A DNA stretch of 63,442 nucleotides from a virus (taxonomy: Duplodnaviria; Caudoviricetes): positions 1 through 63,442 of the IMG/VR virus record IMGVR_UViG_3300044641_000353. The stretch is one strand, 5' to 3'. Made by a program: the position numbers and the translations under genes. Below are positions 35,319 to 45,969 of the stretch, in pieces (within the stretch, counting starts at the first letter, position 1; every line of letters begins with the position of its first letter). The notes under the pieces were generated by a model that searched no databases, was not told the DNA's origin, and was given only the letters and a program-made list of their open reading frames with translations.

Positions 35319-38159
35319 ATGTCCCACTTTGACCTACTAGATGCAGTACTACCCACAGAGGGTCGGTACTGTGTGTTTGGGCTAGGGAAGTATCCAGATC
35401 AGAAGTTTTACGATACAAGAGCAGAAGTAGATGAGCAAATTGAGACGCTAGTAAGTAACAAGTTCGATGTGTTTTTTGGTTGCGCCAAGTTTGGCCCGCT
35501 CAATAACCGCACACACGAAAACGTTGCCTATGTTCGCGCACTGTGGATGGATATTGATTGCGGCCCCACGAAGGCTGTACCCGATGAAAAGGGAGTTATC
35601 AAAGGTTACATTGACCAAGCCACAGGTCTTGCCGAGTTTAAGAAGTTCTGTAAAAACGTAGGGTTACCACAACCAATTTTAGTTAGTTCAGGCTACGGCA
35701 TCCACGCATACTGGTTGCTAGAAGAGACCATAACTCGCACAGATTGGGAACCCCTTGCAAACCGCCTTCGTGAGTTGTGCGTAGAGCAAGGATTCATTGT
35801 TGACCCTGCTGTATTTGAAGCATCCAGAGTACTGCGTGTCCCCGGCACATACAACTTTAAAGCTGAACCTGTTGAAGTAAAGGTTCTTAACGAAGTCACT
35901 CAGCGTATGACCTACGCACAAGTGAAAGAGCTACTCGGCGCACCGGATGCAGAACCGGAAGACGAGCGGCCAGACTTTATACCGCGCACCATGAGTCCTT
36001 TGATGGAATCGGTGATGCAGAATAAGGTGAAGCGATTTAAAACAATAATGCTGAAATCAGCGCAGGGCGAAGGTTGCAACCAACTGATGCACTGCTACGA
36101 GAATCAAGCCACACTCGACTACAACTTATGGCGCTCAGCGCTTTCGATTGCAACTTTTTGCATCGACCGAGATTCCGCAATACACAAAATGTCTGCGGAG
36201 CATCCCGACTACGACCGGTTTAAGACCGAGTACAAAGTTGATGACCTGCAACGCACGGGTGGGCCGCATCATTGCGCTACCTTTGAGAAGCAGAACCCCA
36301 CGGGTTGCGAAGGGTGTAAACACAAGGGCAAGATCAAATCACCAATCATGCTTGGTGTGGAGATTGAGGAAGCCGAAGACGAAGATTACGATGTTGTAAT
36401 TAAAGCCGAAGACGGTGAGGTTGAGACAGTGCGCATACCTGAGTATCCATTCCCATTCTTCAGGGGTAAAAACGGCGGCATCTACCGCAGACCCGCAACT
36501 GACGAAGCAGAACCAGACCTTGTGTATGAGCACGATCTATACATCATCAAGCGGTTAACAGACCCCGATATTGGGGAGACGTTGCTATTCCGATTGCACC
36601 TACCAAGGGACGGCATGAAGGAGTTTGCAATCCCACTCGGAGTACTTTCATCAAAAGACAAACTGCGGGAAGCACTAGCGTCTAAGGGTGTGGGCTTGTT
36701 TAGTAAGCAAGTCGACCTCATGTGCGTATATGTGATTACAGCGGTTAAAAATTTACAAGTTATGCGGAAGGCAGATATTATGAGAACACAGTTTGGTTGG
36801 GTCGATAACGATAGCAAGTTCATTCTTGGCGATAGAGAGATTACAAAAGATGGTGTGTATTACAGCCCGCCCTCACACATTACCAAGGCGGTAGCCGAGC
36901 ACCTTAACGAACACGGTGACTTTGAGAAGTGGAAAGAAGTCTTCAACATGTACGCGCAGCCCGGCCTTGAGCCCCATGCTTTTGCGGCACTGACGGCCTT
37001 TGGTTCACCACTGTTGAAATTTACAGGTATGTCTGGTGCAATCATCAACTTGATTCACAGTAGCTCAGGCTCGGGTAAGTCGACTGCCTTGTTTATGTGC
37101 AACAGTGTATGGGGTCACCCCGTTAAGAACGCCTCGATCTGGAAGGATACGTTCAACGCAAAGATGCACAGGCTTGGCGTGATGAACAACCTGCCCAACA
37201 CAATCGACGAGATTACGAACACCAGCCCTATGGAGTTCTCTGACCTGTCGTATAGCATCTCTCAGGGTCGAGGCAAGAACAAGATGCGTGGCTCGGTCAA
37301 CGAAGAGCGGGTTAACTTAACTAGCTGGAATGGGATGACCTTAACGTCCTCAAACGCTAGCTTCTACCAAAAGCTTGGTGCGGCAAAAGATTCCCCCGAT
37401 GGTGAGTCCATGCGTCTACTTGAGTATGAGATCAAGCCTAACAACCTGATTGACGTGCAAGTCGGCAAGCAAATGTTTGACCACCAACTGCGGGAGAACT
37501 ACGGGTTTGCCGGTGAGATTTACGCCCAGTGGCTTGTCAACAACTTGGAAGATGCCAAAGACCTAGTGCGCAAGATTCAGGCTAAGCTCGACAAAGAAGT
37601 TAAGTTCACACAGCGTGAGCGTTTCTGGTCAGCCGTAGCCGCCTGTAACATTGCCGGTGGCCTAATCGCTAAGAACCTGCAACTGCACGACTACGACATG
37701 AAGGCCGTGTACGACTGGCTTAAAGGTATGCTCGGCGAGATGCGTGAGGATATTAAGCCCCCAGTCAGCAACCCCGCCTCTACCCTTGGTGAGTTTATCA
37801 ACGGCAACATGAACCACGCTTTGGTTGTAAATGGTGAGAATGACGCACGGAGCAACATGATCCCTATGCCGACTATGGAGCCAAAGGGTGAACTGCTTAT
37901 ACGCTACGAGCCGGATACCAAACTGTTATGGATTGCGGCCAAGTCGTTTAAAGACTTTTGCGTCCAGCGTCAGATTAACTACAAAGATTTACTTAACGAG
38001 CTGAAAGAGGCTAATGTATTTAAAGAAGCAGTCAACAAGCGTATGGCTAAGGGTATGAAGGTTGTGTCTCCCGCAGTGCGTGCCCTGATGTTTGATGCGT
38101 CTCGGTCTGATTTTATTCACATAGATACACCCGATGAAAATCGAGACAGTTCACTATGA
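35319..38159 (+). CDS. Primase-helicase (AEP/RepB-like primase, Cys cluster, DUF927, P-loop)
   Basis: WMDID, SGYGIHAYW, RVLRVPGT, C..CEGC cluster, GWVD, SGSGKST. Confidence 0.88.
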   Translation: MSHFDLLDAVLPTEGRYCVFGLGKYPDQKFYDTRAEVDEQIETLVSNKFDVFFGCAKFGPLNNRTHENVAYVRALWMDIDCGPTKAVPDEKGVIKGYIDQATGLAEFKKFCKNVGLPQPILVSSGYGIHAYWLLEETITRTDWEPLANRLRELCVEQGFIVDPAVFEASRVLRVPGTYNFKAEPVEVKVLNEVTQRMTYAQVKELLGAPDAEPEDERPDFIPRTMSPLMESVMQNKVKRFKTIMLKSAQGEGCNQLMHCYENQATLDYNLWRSALSIATFCIDRDSAIHKMSAEHPDYDRFKTEYKVDDLQRTGGPHHCATFEKQNPTGCEGCKHKGKIKSPIMLGVEIEEAEDEDYDVVIKAEDGEVETVRIPEYPFPFFRGKNGGIYRRPATDEAEPDLVYEHDLYIIKRLTDPDIGETLLFRLHLPRDGMKEFAIPLGVLSSKDKLREALASKGVGLFSKQVDLMCVYVITAVKNLQVMRKADIMRTQFGWVDNDSKFILGDREITKDGVYYSPPSHITKAVAEHLNEHGDFEKWKEVFNMYAQPGLEPHAFAALTAFGSPLLKFTGMSGAIINLIHSSSGSGKSTALFMCNSVWGHPVKNASIWKDTFNAKMHRLGVMNNLPNTIDEITNTSPMEFSDLSYSISQGRGKNKMRGSVNEERVNLTSWNGMTLTSSNASFYQKLGAAKDSPDGESMRLLEYEIKPNNLIDVQVGKQMFDHQLRENYGFAGEIYAQWLVNNLEDAKDLVRKIQAKLDKEVKFTQRERFWSAVAACNIAGGLIAKNLQLHDYDMKAVYDWLKGMLGEMREDIKPPVSNPASTLGEFINGNMNHALVVNGENDARSNMIPMPTMEPKGELLIRYEPDTKLLWIAAKSFKDFCVQRQINYKDLLNELKEANVFKEAVNKRMAKGMKVVSPAVRALMFDASRSDFIHIDTPDENRDSSL

Positions 38160-38328
38160 GGTTAACTGGGCTAAGTTCCGCAAGGGGTACTCGTTTTTTG
38201 TACCCTGCATTGATACAGCGAAAGCTAAAGCGGAACTTGACCGAGTGGCCCGCCGACTAAAGATGGATCTACTTACGAAAGTAGTCATAGAAGACGGCAT
38301 AAAAGGTTTGCGAGTGTGGAGGCTTTAG
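38134..38328 (+). CDS. Small conserved phage protein
   Basis: SFFVPC...GLRVWR. Confidence 0.75.
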   Translation: MKIETVHYEVNWAKFRKGYSFFVPCIDTAKAKAELDRVARRLKMDLLTKVVIEDGIKGLRVWRL

Positions 38329-38342
38329 GCTAAACTTTAGTT

Positions 38343-38416
38343 GTCGGGAAGCAGTTGCCGACGGTTTATTTTGGTTGCCCTCCTTGTACCCCCGGCTAAT
38401 CCCCGGGGGTTTTTTT
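38343..38416 (+). ncRNA. Candidate stand-alone sRNA with anti-Shine-Dalgarno seed
   Basis: Promoter TTGCGA-17bp-TAAACT (38308-38336), 5' hairpin, unpaired GGTTGCCCTCCTTG, terminator. Confidence 0.6.
38389..38416 (+). terminator. Intrinsic terminator at the convergence of the two genome arms
   Basis: CCCCCGG...CCGGGGG followed by T7. Confidence 0.85.
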
Positions 38417-41400
38417 CATTTCGCCGCTTCTTTTTCAAGCTTCTCACGAGAGGGCTCAAGCAACTGCTCCAAGTATGGATAGAACTTCTTGTCCACATCA
38501 AACCCACGATCAGACTTGGCGCGCTTAGCTATACGCGCTTGAACTAATTTGCTTAAGTCACCACCATCAACCCTAGCTTGCGGGTTACGCGCACCGAACG
38601 CAATTAGTTTTTCCAGTGCGTCATCAAACGCTTCGTCATCGCCTCGTGTAGCTTCTAGGTCAACACGATTAACAAGCTTACCTTTCTCAATCACTACTTT
38701 TGCTTTAAGTGCATTGGCTTTAAAGTTAGCTTCTTGCGCGGAAGCCAAACCTGTAGTCCGTGCACCGCCTGCTTGAGCAAGTAATTGCGCTTTTGTGAAC
38801 TCCTCGGGCTCTCTAATAACTGCGCCTGTACTTGTTGTAGCGCCTTCTTGACTATATCGAACAGCAGTCAATGGCTGGCGCAGGGCGGCAGGGAGAAGTC
38901 TTTCCAAGCCTTGCATGGTTTTACCCTCTTGCAGTAGACGGATAGCTGAAGGTATTTGATTTAACGCCAAACTAGCAAACGGCCCCATTAACGACAGCGC
39001 GTATTCTTGCACTGTATCTTCAAGAGCGCGTTGTTCTTTTAACTCAGGCATCCACATGTTGTTCATTGACAAGCTATTGGACATGGCGTAGCCCGAGATA
39101 GTGTCAATTAAACCAGAATCTAGGATGTCACTAATCTTATATCCACCAATCTGGGCTTCACCAAAGAACTCAGGAATAAATACACTGCGACCCCAGAATT
39201 CAAGATCGCGCTCTTCTAACGGGTCTTCATCGTCTTCGTCACGCATTGCATTAATAATACCTTGCACAGCACCCATAGCCGCGCTGATACCGGGGATACC
39301 AACATAACCAGCAAGCAAGCCTGACATAAACAAAGTACCAAAGAACTGAGTAGCCGCTTCTTTCTTAGCCGCCGCATCCATACCGGCCATCATGCGGTAA
39401 GCGTTACGAGCCAAGTATGTGGTTACGAAAGCAGGGAAAGTCTTAAATTGCAGCAGCGTACGACCAAGCGGGCCACGCATGACACGCGCACGATTTTGCT
39501 CAGAGAAGTTACCAAGGGCATCGTAAGTATCTTTAACTGCTTGATCGACAGCGTCGTCGAAAGACATGCCTTCTTTGCGGCTCAAACGGAATGAAGTCAT
39601 AAACATGACTTCGCGGTTTAAACGCTCAACGTGGTGGAACAAACCACCCATCATGTTAGTCGCAGATTTCCATGCGCCAGAGTACTTAGTTGACGGAGTG
39701 TTGCGACGATCCATTAAGTCATAGGCCATCGTGATCTCACTGACACCACGATCTGTCATTGCTTCAATAGCCAGTTGCTCTTCCTCGTTCATCTTAACGC
39801 GACGAGAGTTAGCTAAAGACAACTGCTTAAGGTTTCCATCTTTATCAATAACACCGACGTCGTTAAAGATCAACATCATTTTGCCCATCTCAGCGGCTAC
39901 AGCGGCAGGGCTATGGCGAGACATAAGGACAGGTGCGCCAAATATAGGCAATGAGGAGAACTGAACAACAGCGGTCTTAACCGAAGTCATGAAGTATAGG
40001 AACGCCGACTTGTTTGCAAAGTTAGCCGCACTTTGCGCTACAGAATCTACAGCAGGTGGGTAGACTTCTAACTGAACACGGTTACCAAGTTCATCGACTA
40101 GCATCTCTAGCTTGTCTTTCTCAGGATTGCCCTTGAGACTTTCTTTGGCAGCGTCAACTTCACGAAGCATTGTCGGGCCATATTTCAGACGCGCAAGCTG
40201 GTTAGCCATATTAGTGGATGACGTGATAAAGTTACGCAGCGCGTCACCTGAGAAGCCAGCAGTACCCTTGCGGTGAATAAACTGACGACGGAAACTCTGC
40301 TCCGGCATCGTAGTCAAATACAACTGATAGATTTGATCCTTGAGTGTCTCGGCATCAGTCTCACTAATACCATCACCAATTAGCTCAAAGATTTGTTTAA
40401 GCAGAGGCGCGGTGTCGTTAGTTGTGCTCTTATCGCGCAAGCCCTTTAAATCATTACCGGTTTCAATATCCTCGTCGGCTTTCATCTCAGCCATACTGCG
40501 GGTATCACCGTCTTTTTGCAGATCACGCACTCGCTGACGCATAAACATCTCGCGGTCGACTACGCTTTCAAACATGTAGAACTCTTTCTTCTTACCAGAG
40601 CCCACACGCAACCAGTAATCACCATAGCGCATCAATGGGAAGTATGGAGACAGACCCTTTGCTGTCTCGTACATCTTCTTAATCTCAGCCATTAACTTAC
40701 CCTTGGGTGTGTCGGGGTCGGCGGCATCACCGGGGATCTTCATTGCGTCAATGCGGTTGTTTAACAGCAAGCGGTACAAGTCAAAGTTAGACTTGTAGTA
40801 ATCACGTACATCAACGTAGATTTCCTTGGCCTTATCGCTCAGGCCATCCCACATCTTGTTAAGCGTAGCGTCTTTTCTATTTGTAGCAGGGTCAATGCTC
40901 TTGTCTGTGGCGTAGTGCATCACAGCAGATAGCTCAGCAAGTTCATTCTTTTGGCCCTTGACTAGCTTGCCGTACATACCGGGCTGGACGTTTAACCATT
41001 TGGTTACTACATCTGAAGCACCACCAAGCATCTTCATGCGCATAGCACCCATGTCTTGCATAGCACGCCATGTTTTATCCATGTGCGTAATACCAAGGTT
41101 AGTGCCCCACTCAACTAAAACGTTAGTCTGGATAGCAGGCATCAGCGCTTTTAACTTAACAACGTTGAGCGCACTCCACATAGACTCAAGGGTATCTAAG
41201 AAAATCTGCGGGTCGCGTAGCTTAACCATTGTGTCAATGCCGTCGACTACCTCTTGCGCTTCCTTGCTGCGCAGGATTTTCTTTTCAGCAGCGGTAATCT
41301 TTTTAGCGTTGGCTTTGGCCTTAGCTTTAGCCGCAGAAACTTTCTCACCACGGCCTTCACGGATTGCGTTAGCTTTGTCAGCCTTGGCAATCATCTTCAT

Positions 41401-44256
41401 TGTTGGTGTTAGCTTAGCCGTCAGAATCTCATCAGTAACAAGAATTAAGTCAGACAGGGCGTTGATGGAGTCGAGCCCCATGCCAAGTAATTCACGGATT
41501 GCGTCTACAAAACGGTTAAACAGACCTGTGTCTTCTTCAAAACCATAAGCCCCCATCAGGAACTTCTGGAAGTAGGGGTCGGTCATGCCATAGGAAACAA
41601 ACTCGTGCGGGTTGCTAAACACACCAGACACGGTCTTTAGGTAGTAAATATCTGTGGGCAGCTCGCCCAAGTTAGACAGTCGGTTGTATTCATCCTTTGC
41701 GTTGTTCATCACGTCGATGAGCTTGTTGTACGCACGAGTTAGTTTGGCATCACCTGAAAACCCACGTTGAACGGCGAGGAGAGCAAGCTCAAGCTTTTGC
41801 TGCGTTGCAGCATGAAGTAACTCGTGCAGTACTGTGGTGTTATTAATACCTTGGAAGTCACCTGCGCTAGAGCCGCGCACGTAGATAATCTTTTCACCAG
41901 TAGTTGTGTTCTCAAAATACACACCACGGGCACGGGAGTTGTCATTGCCCCAAGCCTCTTGATGGCGAGACAGTTGTTCTGGTAGGGGGTCGGTCTCTTC
42001 AACTACAACAAATTTAACGCCGTTGACCAGCCCACGAAGGCGTTTGGCCAAGAATTTTTGCATGCCAGTTCCTGTTTTAACAACTTGATTAACGGCCTGC
42101 GCAGCGTTCTTAGCTTTCTTAAACCCTTCGTCTGCGGCTTCGACTTCTTCGTTACTTGCAGAGCTTTTGTTTACGCGCTCTTGAGATTTGTACTTGCGTC
42201 CAGCCTGCACATCGTCGTAGTCTCTTTGAGAAATCTTTGTGCGATCAGCAAGTGCGGCTTTAACCCGTTTACCCAAAGCAGTGCCACGGTGCTTAGTTTC
42301 CAAGTCCATCATTGCGTTGATGGTGTCTCGTTTAAGCGCACGCTTCTCGTCTTGGGCAGAAGATAACTCTAGGTCGTCGGCAAACTTAGTTTCGTCAACA
42401 GGTTTGGCGGCTTCTTCTAACTGGGTTTGGAGCTTGGGTAAAGCACGCTCGCCCTTCATGTACTCAGCACGGCCTTCGGTACGGGCTTTCTCTTTCTCCG
42501 CACGCTTTTCTTCAGTGATGTCAGCCTTTGGCCGACCACGTTGTTTGCCGGTTACTGCTCCGGCTGCTGGTGCTTCTTGTCCTTCTTCTTTTGTTTGGAC
42601 GGCTTCAGGGGTCTCAGTGCCAAGTTCGGCTCCTTTAGTTTCTACGGGGGTTTTTACGGGGGTTGGCTCTACTGCAACGGGTTCAACTCTTTCTCTTTCA
42701 ACAGGCTCTGTAACATCCGCTCTAGCAGGAACCACTCCATCTCGTTCAGCTTCTCCAACTCCTGTGGTGGCGGGAACGTTGTCGGCTGGTTGTGCAAGTA
42801 CCGCAGGGCTCTCTCTACCTGCTTCACTGATAGGTTCTGTAACATCTTTTGCTCCCTCTTCAATAGGCGCATTTGCTTCCTCAATCTCGTTACGCGCTAG
42901 TGTAGCGGCGTCTTCGGGCATGTAGCCCCGCTTCTTGTATTTTGCTACAAGTGCTTCAAGCTCTGGGGAGGGCGCAGGTTGTACCTCTGGAGTTACTTCC
43001 GTAGGAGCAGCTTCCGATACCACCGTAGGGGGCGCAGGTTGTACCTCTGCCGCAGGTTGTTCTTCTACCGCAGGCTTCATGCGTTTGGCTAGGGCATCTT
43101 TAAGTGCTTGGCGCTTGTCAACTGGGGCTGTCGGGGCTAAGGGAGTTTCTTCTTCTACCGTCCATGGGTCTAAAGTAGGTTCAATCTTTTCTGCGGTTGG
43201 TTTTGGTTCTTCTCTACGACGCCCTTTAACGGCTGTAGCACCAACGCCCATAGTTGCACCCGTTACAAGGCCCATACCAGCCGCTTCAGGAACACCTTCT
43301 AAAATAGGCTTATCTAAAGCGTAGTTTGCCCACATCTGTTCTTGCGCAGACTGCGGCATCTCTTCAAATACACCTTCGGTTACACCAGCGGCAGTAGCAC
43401 GCACGGCAAAATCTTTAACCGACTTTGAACCACCACCTGTAGTTGCTTTACTAGCCAGTAGCGTGTCAATATCATCAATGCCTAATTTATTGGCTAACCT
43501 ACCACCAGCCACACCAAATGCCGCCGTACCAGCACCGGAACCAACGGCAGATAAAGCTTGTTTGCCAGTTAATAATTTGTCTTCGGTTTGTTGGCGTGTT
43601 TGCTCAGCAGCACTACCAGCACCAATTAAACCTTCACCCGCAGCGGCGGCTAAATATGGGGAAACTTTTGGCGCGGCTTTTAAAACCCCTCTAGCAATAC
43701 CTGCTCCGCCAAGCATTGGTGCTATTGATTCGCCAACCGTTGTAGCAATAGTGCTGGGGTATTGAAGGGCTTTGCCAATGGTTGGTAAGAAACCTTTTGT
43801 TTCTTTTACTTGGCGATTTGCGTATTGTTGTGCCTCAGACAAATACGTATCAAGTATTTCTTTGGCTTCGTTAGGTTTGTAACCCGCTTGCTCAAGAAGT
43901 TTACCAACACGGCCAAGCGTGGGAATGTCAGCTAAACCAACAAAAGCTTCAGGTAAACCAATAGCACTTTTAAGAAAAGTAATACCGGCATCGAGGGTTG
44001 TACCGCCAATAGTTCTGTCGTAACCCTTTGCTTCCCTTGCCGCAACTTGAGCACGGTACTCATCCGCAGTCATGGAGTTAGGATTACGCACCGGATTTGT
44101 GCCTACAAAACGCTCCATCTGCTGGGGCGTCATTTGTTGCGTAGGGGCAACGGCAGGGGCGGGGGCAATAGGAGTTTCAGACGCGACTTCCCAGCCAGAA
44201 CTATCGGCTGCACCGACTGGAGTTTCGGAAACAACCGACCATTCGTCTTTTGCCAT
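38416..44256 (-). CDS. Large polyvalent internal-virion/ejection protein (HExxH peptidase plus PLxRFG-like domain)
   Basis: 1946 aa; TVLHELLHAAT; YFPLMRYGDY; last gene of the late operon. Confidence 0.75.
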   Translation of the reverse strand: MAKDEWSVVSETPVGAADSSGWEVASETPIAPAPAVAPTQQMTPQQMERFVGTNPVRNPNSMTADEYRAQVAAREAKGYDRTIGGTTLDAGITFLKSAIGLPEAFVGLADIPTLGRVGKLLEQAGYKPNEAKEILDTYLSEAQQYANRQVKETKGFLPTIGKALQYPSTIATTVGESIAPMLGGAGIARGVLKAAPKVSPYLAAAAGEGLIGAGSAAEQTRQQTEDKLLTGKQALSAVGSGAGTAAFGVAGGRLANKLGIDDIDTLLASKATTGGGSKSVKDFAVRATAAGVTEGVFEEMPQSAQEQMWANYALDKPILEGVPEAAGMGLVTGATMGVGATAVKGRRREEPKPTAEKIEPTLDPWTVEEETPLAPTAPVDKRQALKDALAKRMKPAVEEQPAAEVQPAPPTVVSEAAPTEVTPEVQPAPSPELEALVAKYKKRGYMPEDAATLARNEIEEANAPIEEGAKDVTEPISEAGRESPAVLAQPADNVPATTGVGEAERDGVVPARADVTEPVERERVEPVAVEPTPVKTPVETKGAELGTETPEAVQTKEEGQEAPAAGAVTGKQRGRPKADITEEKRAEKEKARTEGRAEYMKGERALPKLQTQLEEAAKPVDETKFADDLELSSAQDEKRALKRDTINAMMDLETKHRGTALGKRVKAALADRTKISQRDYDDVQAGRKYKSQERVNKSSASNEEVEAADEGFKKAKNAAQAVNQVVKTGTGMQKFLAKRLRGLVNGVKFVVVEETDPLPEQLSRHQEAWGNDNSRARGVYFENTTTGEKIIYVRGSSAGDFQGINNTTVLHELLHAATQQKLELALLAVQRGFSGDAKLTRAYNKLIDVMNNAKDEYNRLSNLGELPTDIYYLKTVSGVFSNPHEFVSYGMTDPYFQKFLMGAYGFEEDTGLFNRFVDAIRELLGMGLDSINALSDLILVTDEILTAKLTPTMKMIAKADKANAIREGRGEKVSAAKAKAKANAKKITAAEKKILRSKEAQEVVDGIDTMVKLRDPQIFLDTLESMWSALNVVKLKALMPAIQTNVLVEWGTNLGITHMDKTWRAMQDMGAMRMKMLGGASDVVTKWLNVQPGMYGKLVKGQKNELAELSAVMHYATDKSIDPATNRKDATLNKMWDGLSDKAKEIYVDVRDYYKSNFDLYRLLLNNRIDAMKIPGDAADPDTPKGKLMAEIKKMYETAKGLSPYFPLMRYGDYWLRVGSGKKKEFYMFESVVDREMFMRQRVRDLQKDGDTRSMAEMKADEDIETGNDLKGLRDKSTTNDTAPLLKQIFELIGDGISETDAETLKDQIYQLYLTTMPEQSFRRQFIHRKGTAGFSGDALRNFITSSTNMANQLARLKYGPTMLREVDAAKESLKGNPEKDKLEMLVDELGNRVQLEVYPPAVDSVAQSAANFANKSAFLYFMTSVKTAVVQFSSLPIFGAPVLMSRHSPAAVAAEMGKMMLIFNDVGVIDKDGNLKQLSLANSRRVKMNEEEQLAIEAMTDRGVSEITMAYDLMDRRNTPSTKYSGAWKSATNMMGGLFHHVERLNREVMFMTSFRLSRKEGMSFDDAVDQAVKDTYDALGNFSEQNRARVMRGPLGRTLLQFKTFPAFVTTYLARNAYRMMAGMDAAAKKEAATQFFGTLFMSGLLAGYVGIPGISAAMGAVQGIINAMRDEDDEDPLEERDLEFWGRSVFIPEFFGEAQIGGYKISDILDSGLIDTISGYAMSNSLSMNNMWMPELKEQRALEDTVQEYALSLMGPFASLALNQIPSAIRLLQEGKTMQGLERLLPAALRQPLTAVRYSQEGATTSTGAVIREPEEFTKAQLLAQAGGARTTGLASAQEANFKANALKAKVVIEKGKLVNRVDLEATRGDDEAFDDALEKLIAFGARNPQARVDGGDLSKLVQARIAKRAKSDRGFDVDKKFYPYLEQLLEPSREKLEKEAAK

Positions 44257-44257
44257 A

Positions 44258-45958
44258 TTATTTCACTTGTATTGGTTGACCGTTCTTAAGAGTCCAAGTT
44301 TGCCCGTTTCCAAACTTTGTTGCAACACCTTCTTTTAGCTTACTTACGGGCGGCGTGCTTGAAGCGGCGGCAGGAGCGGCGGGGGCTGAAGAGTCGGCAG
44401 GGGCTGGGGCATTTCCGCCAGACATCACAGTCGGCGCTATTCCAAACTCGGTTTTAATTTGGTTCTTAAGCTTAGCAATACCCGCCGCATACTCAGTTGG
44501 GTTCTTTTTGCGCATTTTGCGCAAGTCCGAATATTCTGGGGTGTAGTACCTTTCAAGGAACTCTTGATTGGCCTTTTCAACTCTGCTGACGTCTACGCGA
44601 CCCGTACCAGCCGACTTGCTTAGTTGGGCTTGAGCTAAGTTCATAGCCCGTTTACGAGTAGTTGCGTCGTCAGGTTCGCCTTCAGCAAGCAAAGCTGCTA
44701 GCTCGGCGTCGTAAGACTTATCTAAATCGGTTTTCTTTGCACCGCTACCAGCGCCTTTACCTTTAGCTCTTTCTTTTGCAGATTGAATTTGAGCGTCGGC
44801 CATAATTTGGCTCTTAATAACACCAAGGTTACCGGAAAGAGCTTTACCAACAAGGTTGCTCTTAGCCACGTCCAAGTCTTTAGCAATCTTAGCCAAGTCA
44901 GAATCAAGTTTTTGTTCTGCTTTAATGTCACCACTTTTTTGGGCTTGACGCAAGGCTTGAACTTTATACTGCGCTTCGTTAAGAAGCTCATCTACTTTAA
45001 TACCTTCTTGGCGCAAGTTAGTTTCTTCACCCATGAATTTCTCAGCGGAGCCCATGCTACTGCGAGCTAATGCGCCAATACCCCCAAGACCTGTTTGACC
45101 ACGGGTTGCATCGCTATAGTCTAAAAGAGCTTTTCGAGTAGCAAATTCTTTGCTTTTATCAAGGTTTGCTTGTCGTTGCGCGCGATCCGCTAATTTAGCT
45201 TCTTTTAATGAGGCAAGACCTTCTAAATAGCCTTTACCAACTGGGCCTTCATCAACGCCGTAATCTTTTCTTGCAGTTAATTCTTCTTCAATTTTTGCGG
45301 TTGAACGAACAGGACGTGCACCCGCTTTCATACGCGCTTCAAACTGAGGTTGGAGTCGGCGAAGTTCTGCTGCCGCGTCATACTCAGCGGCATTACTAAG
45401 AGTGCCTGACTCCACGCTATCTTCATCATCTTCTTCAACTTCACCACCTTCTTCAAAAGCAACAATGCCGCCTGAGCCGTACTCAAACATGCGTGGGTCA
45501 ACAGGAACACCCATCAGACCACCACCTGCTGCCATACGAACGGGTTGCGCACCTTGAGGTGCTTGTTGTGGCATAGGGCGTGGAGCCATTTGCATTTGCT
45601 GTTGAGGCATTGGCTGTTGTTGGCGCACAGGTTGAGGAATACCGGGGGGCGCTGCTTGCTGCGCGGCTCCAACTTGCTGAGCCATTTGCTGCATACCTTG
45701 CTGCTGTCGTCCTTGCTGCAACGCACCAATACCCATGCTTTGAAGGGCTTGCTTAGGTAGGCTTTGATTCAAAGGTTCAGCAGGGGGTTGCGGCTGTTGA
45801 GACGTCTGTATCTCTTTATTGATTTCGCTAATACGAGCAAGCGCCATGAACGGAGGCACTTGGGGGTTACCGCCTTGAGCCGCCGACGTCAAATACTGAA
45901 TTGACTCGGGTAAAGGGGGCAGCTTATTTAGCCTGCTTTGTACTTCCATTAAGTTCAT
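44258..45958 (-). CDS. Internal virion/ejection protein
   Basis: Gln/Pro-rich N-terminus; MAAGG/YGSGG/FEEGG motifs; helical. Confidence 0.65.
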   Translation of the reverse strand: MNLMEVQSRLNKLPPLPESIQYLTSAAQGGNPQVPPFMALARISEINKEIQTSQQPQPPAEPLNQSLPKQALQSMGIGALQQGRQQQGMQQMAQQVGAAQQAAPPGIPQPVRQQQPMPQQQMQMAPRPMPQQAPQGAQPVRMAAGGGLMGVPVDPRMFEYGSGGIVAFEEGGEVEEDDEDSVESGTLSNAAEYDAAAELRRLQPQFEARMKAGARPVRSTAKIEEELTARKDYGVDEGPVGKGYLEGLASLKEAKLADRAQRQANLDKSKEFATRKALLDYSDATRGQTGLGGIGALARSSMGSAEKFMGEETNLRQEGIKVDELLNEAQYKVQALRQAQKSGDIKAEQKLDSDLAKIAKDLDVAKSNLVGKALSGNLGVIKSQIMADAQIQSAKERAKGKGAGSGAKKTDLDKSYDAELAALLAEGEPDDATTRKRAMNLAQAQLSKSAGTGRVDVSRVEKANQEFLERYYTPEYSDLRKMRKKNPTEYAAGIAKLKNQIKTEFGIAPTVMSGGNAPAPADSSAPAAPAAASSTPPVSKLKEGVATKFGNGQTWTLKNGQPIQVK

Positions 45959-45969
45959 ACTGCTACCTT

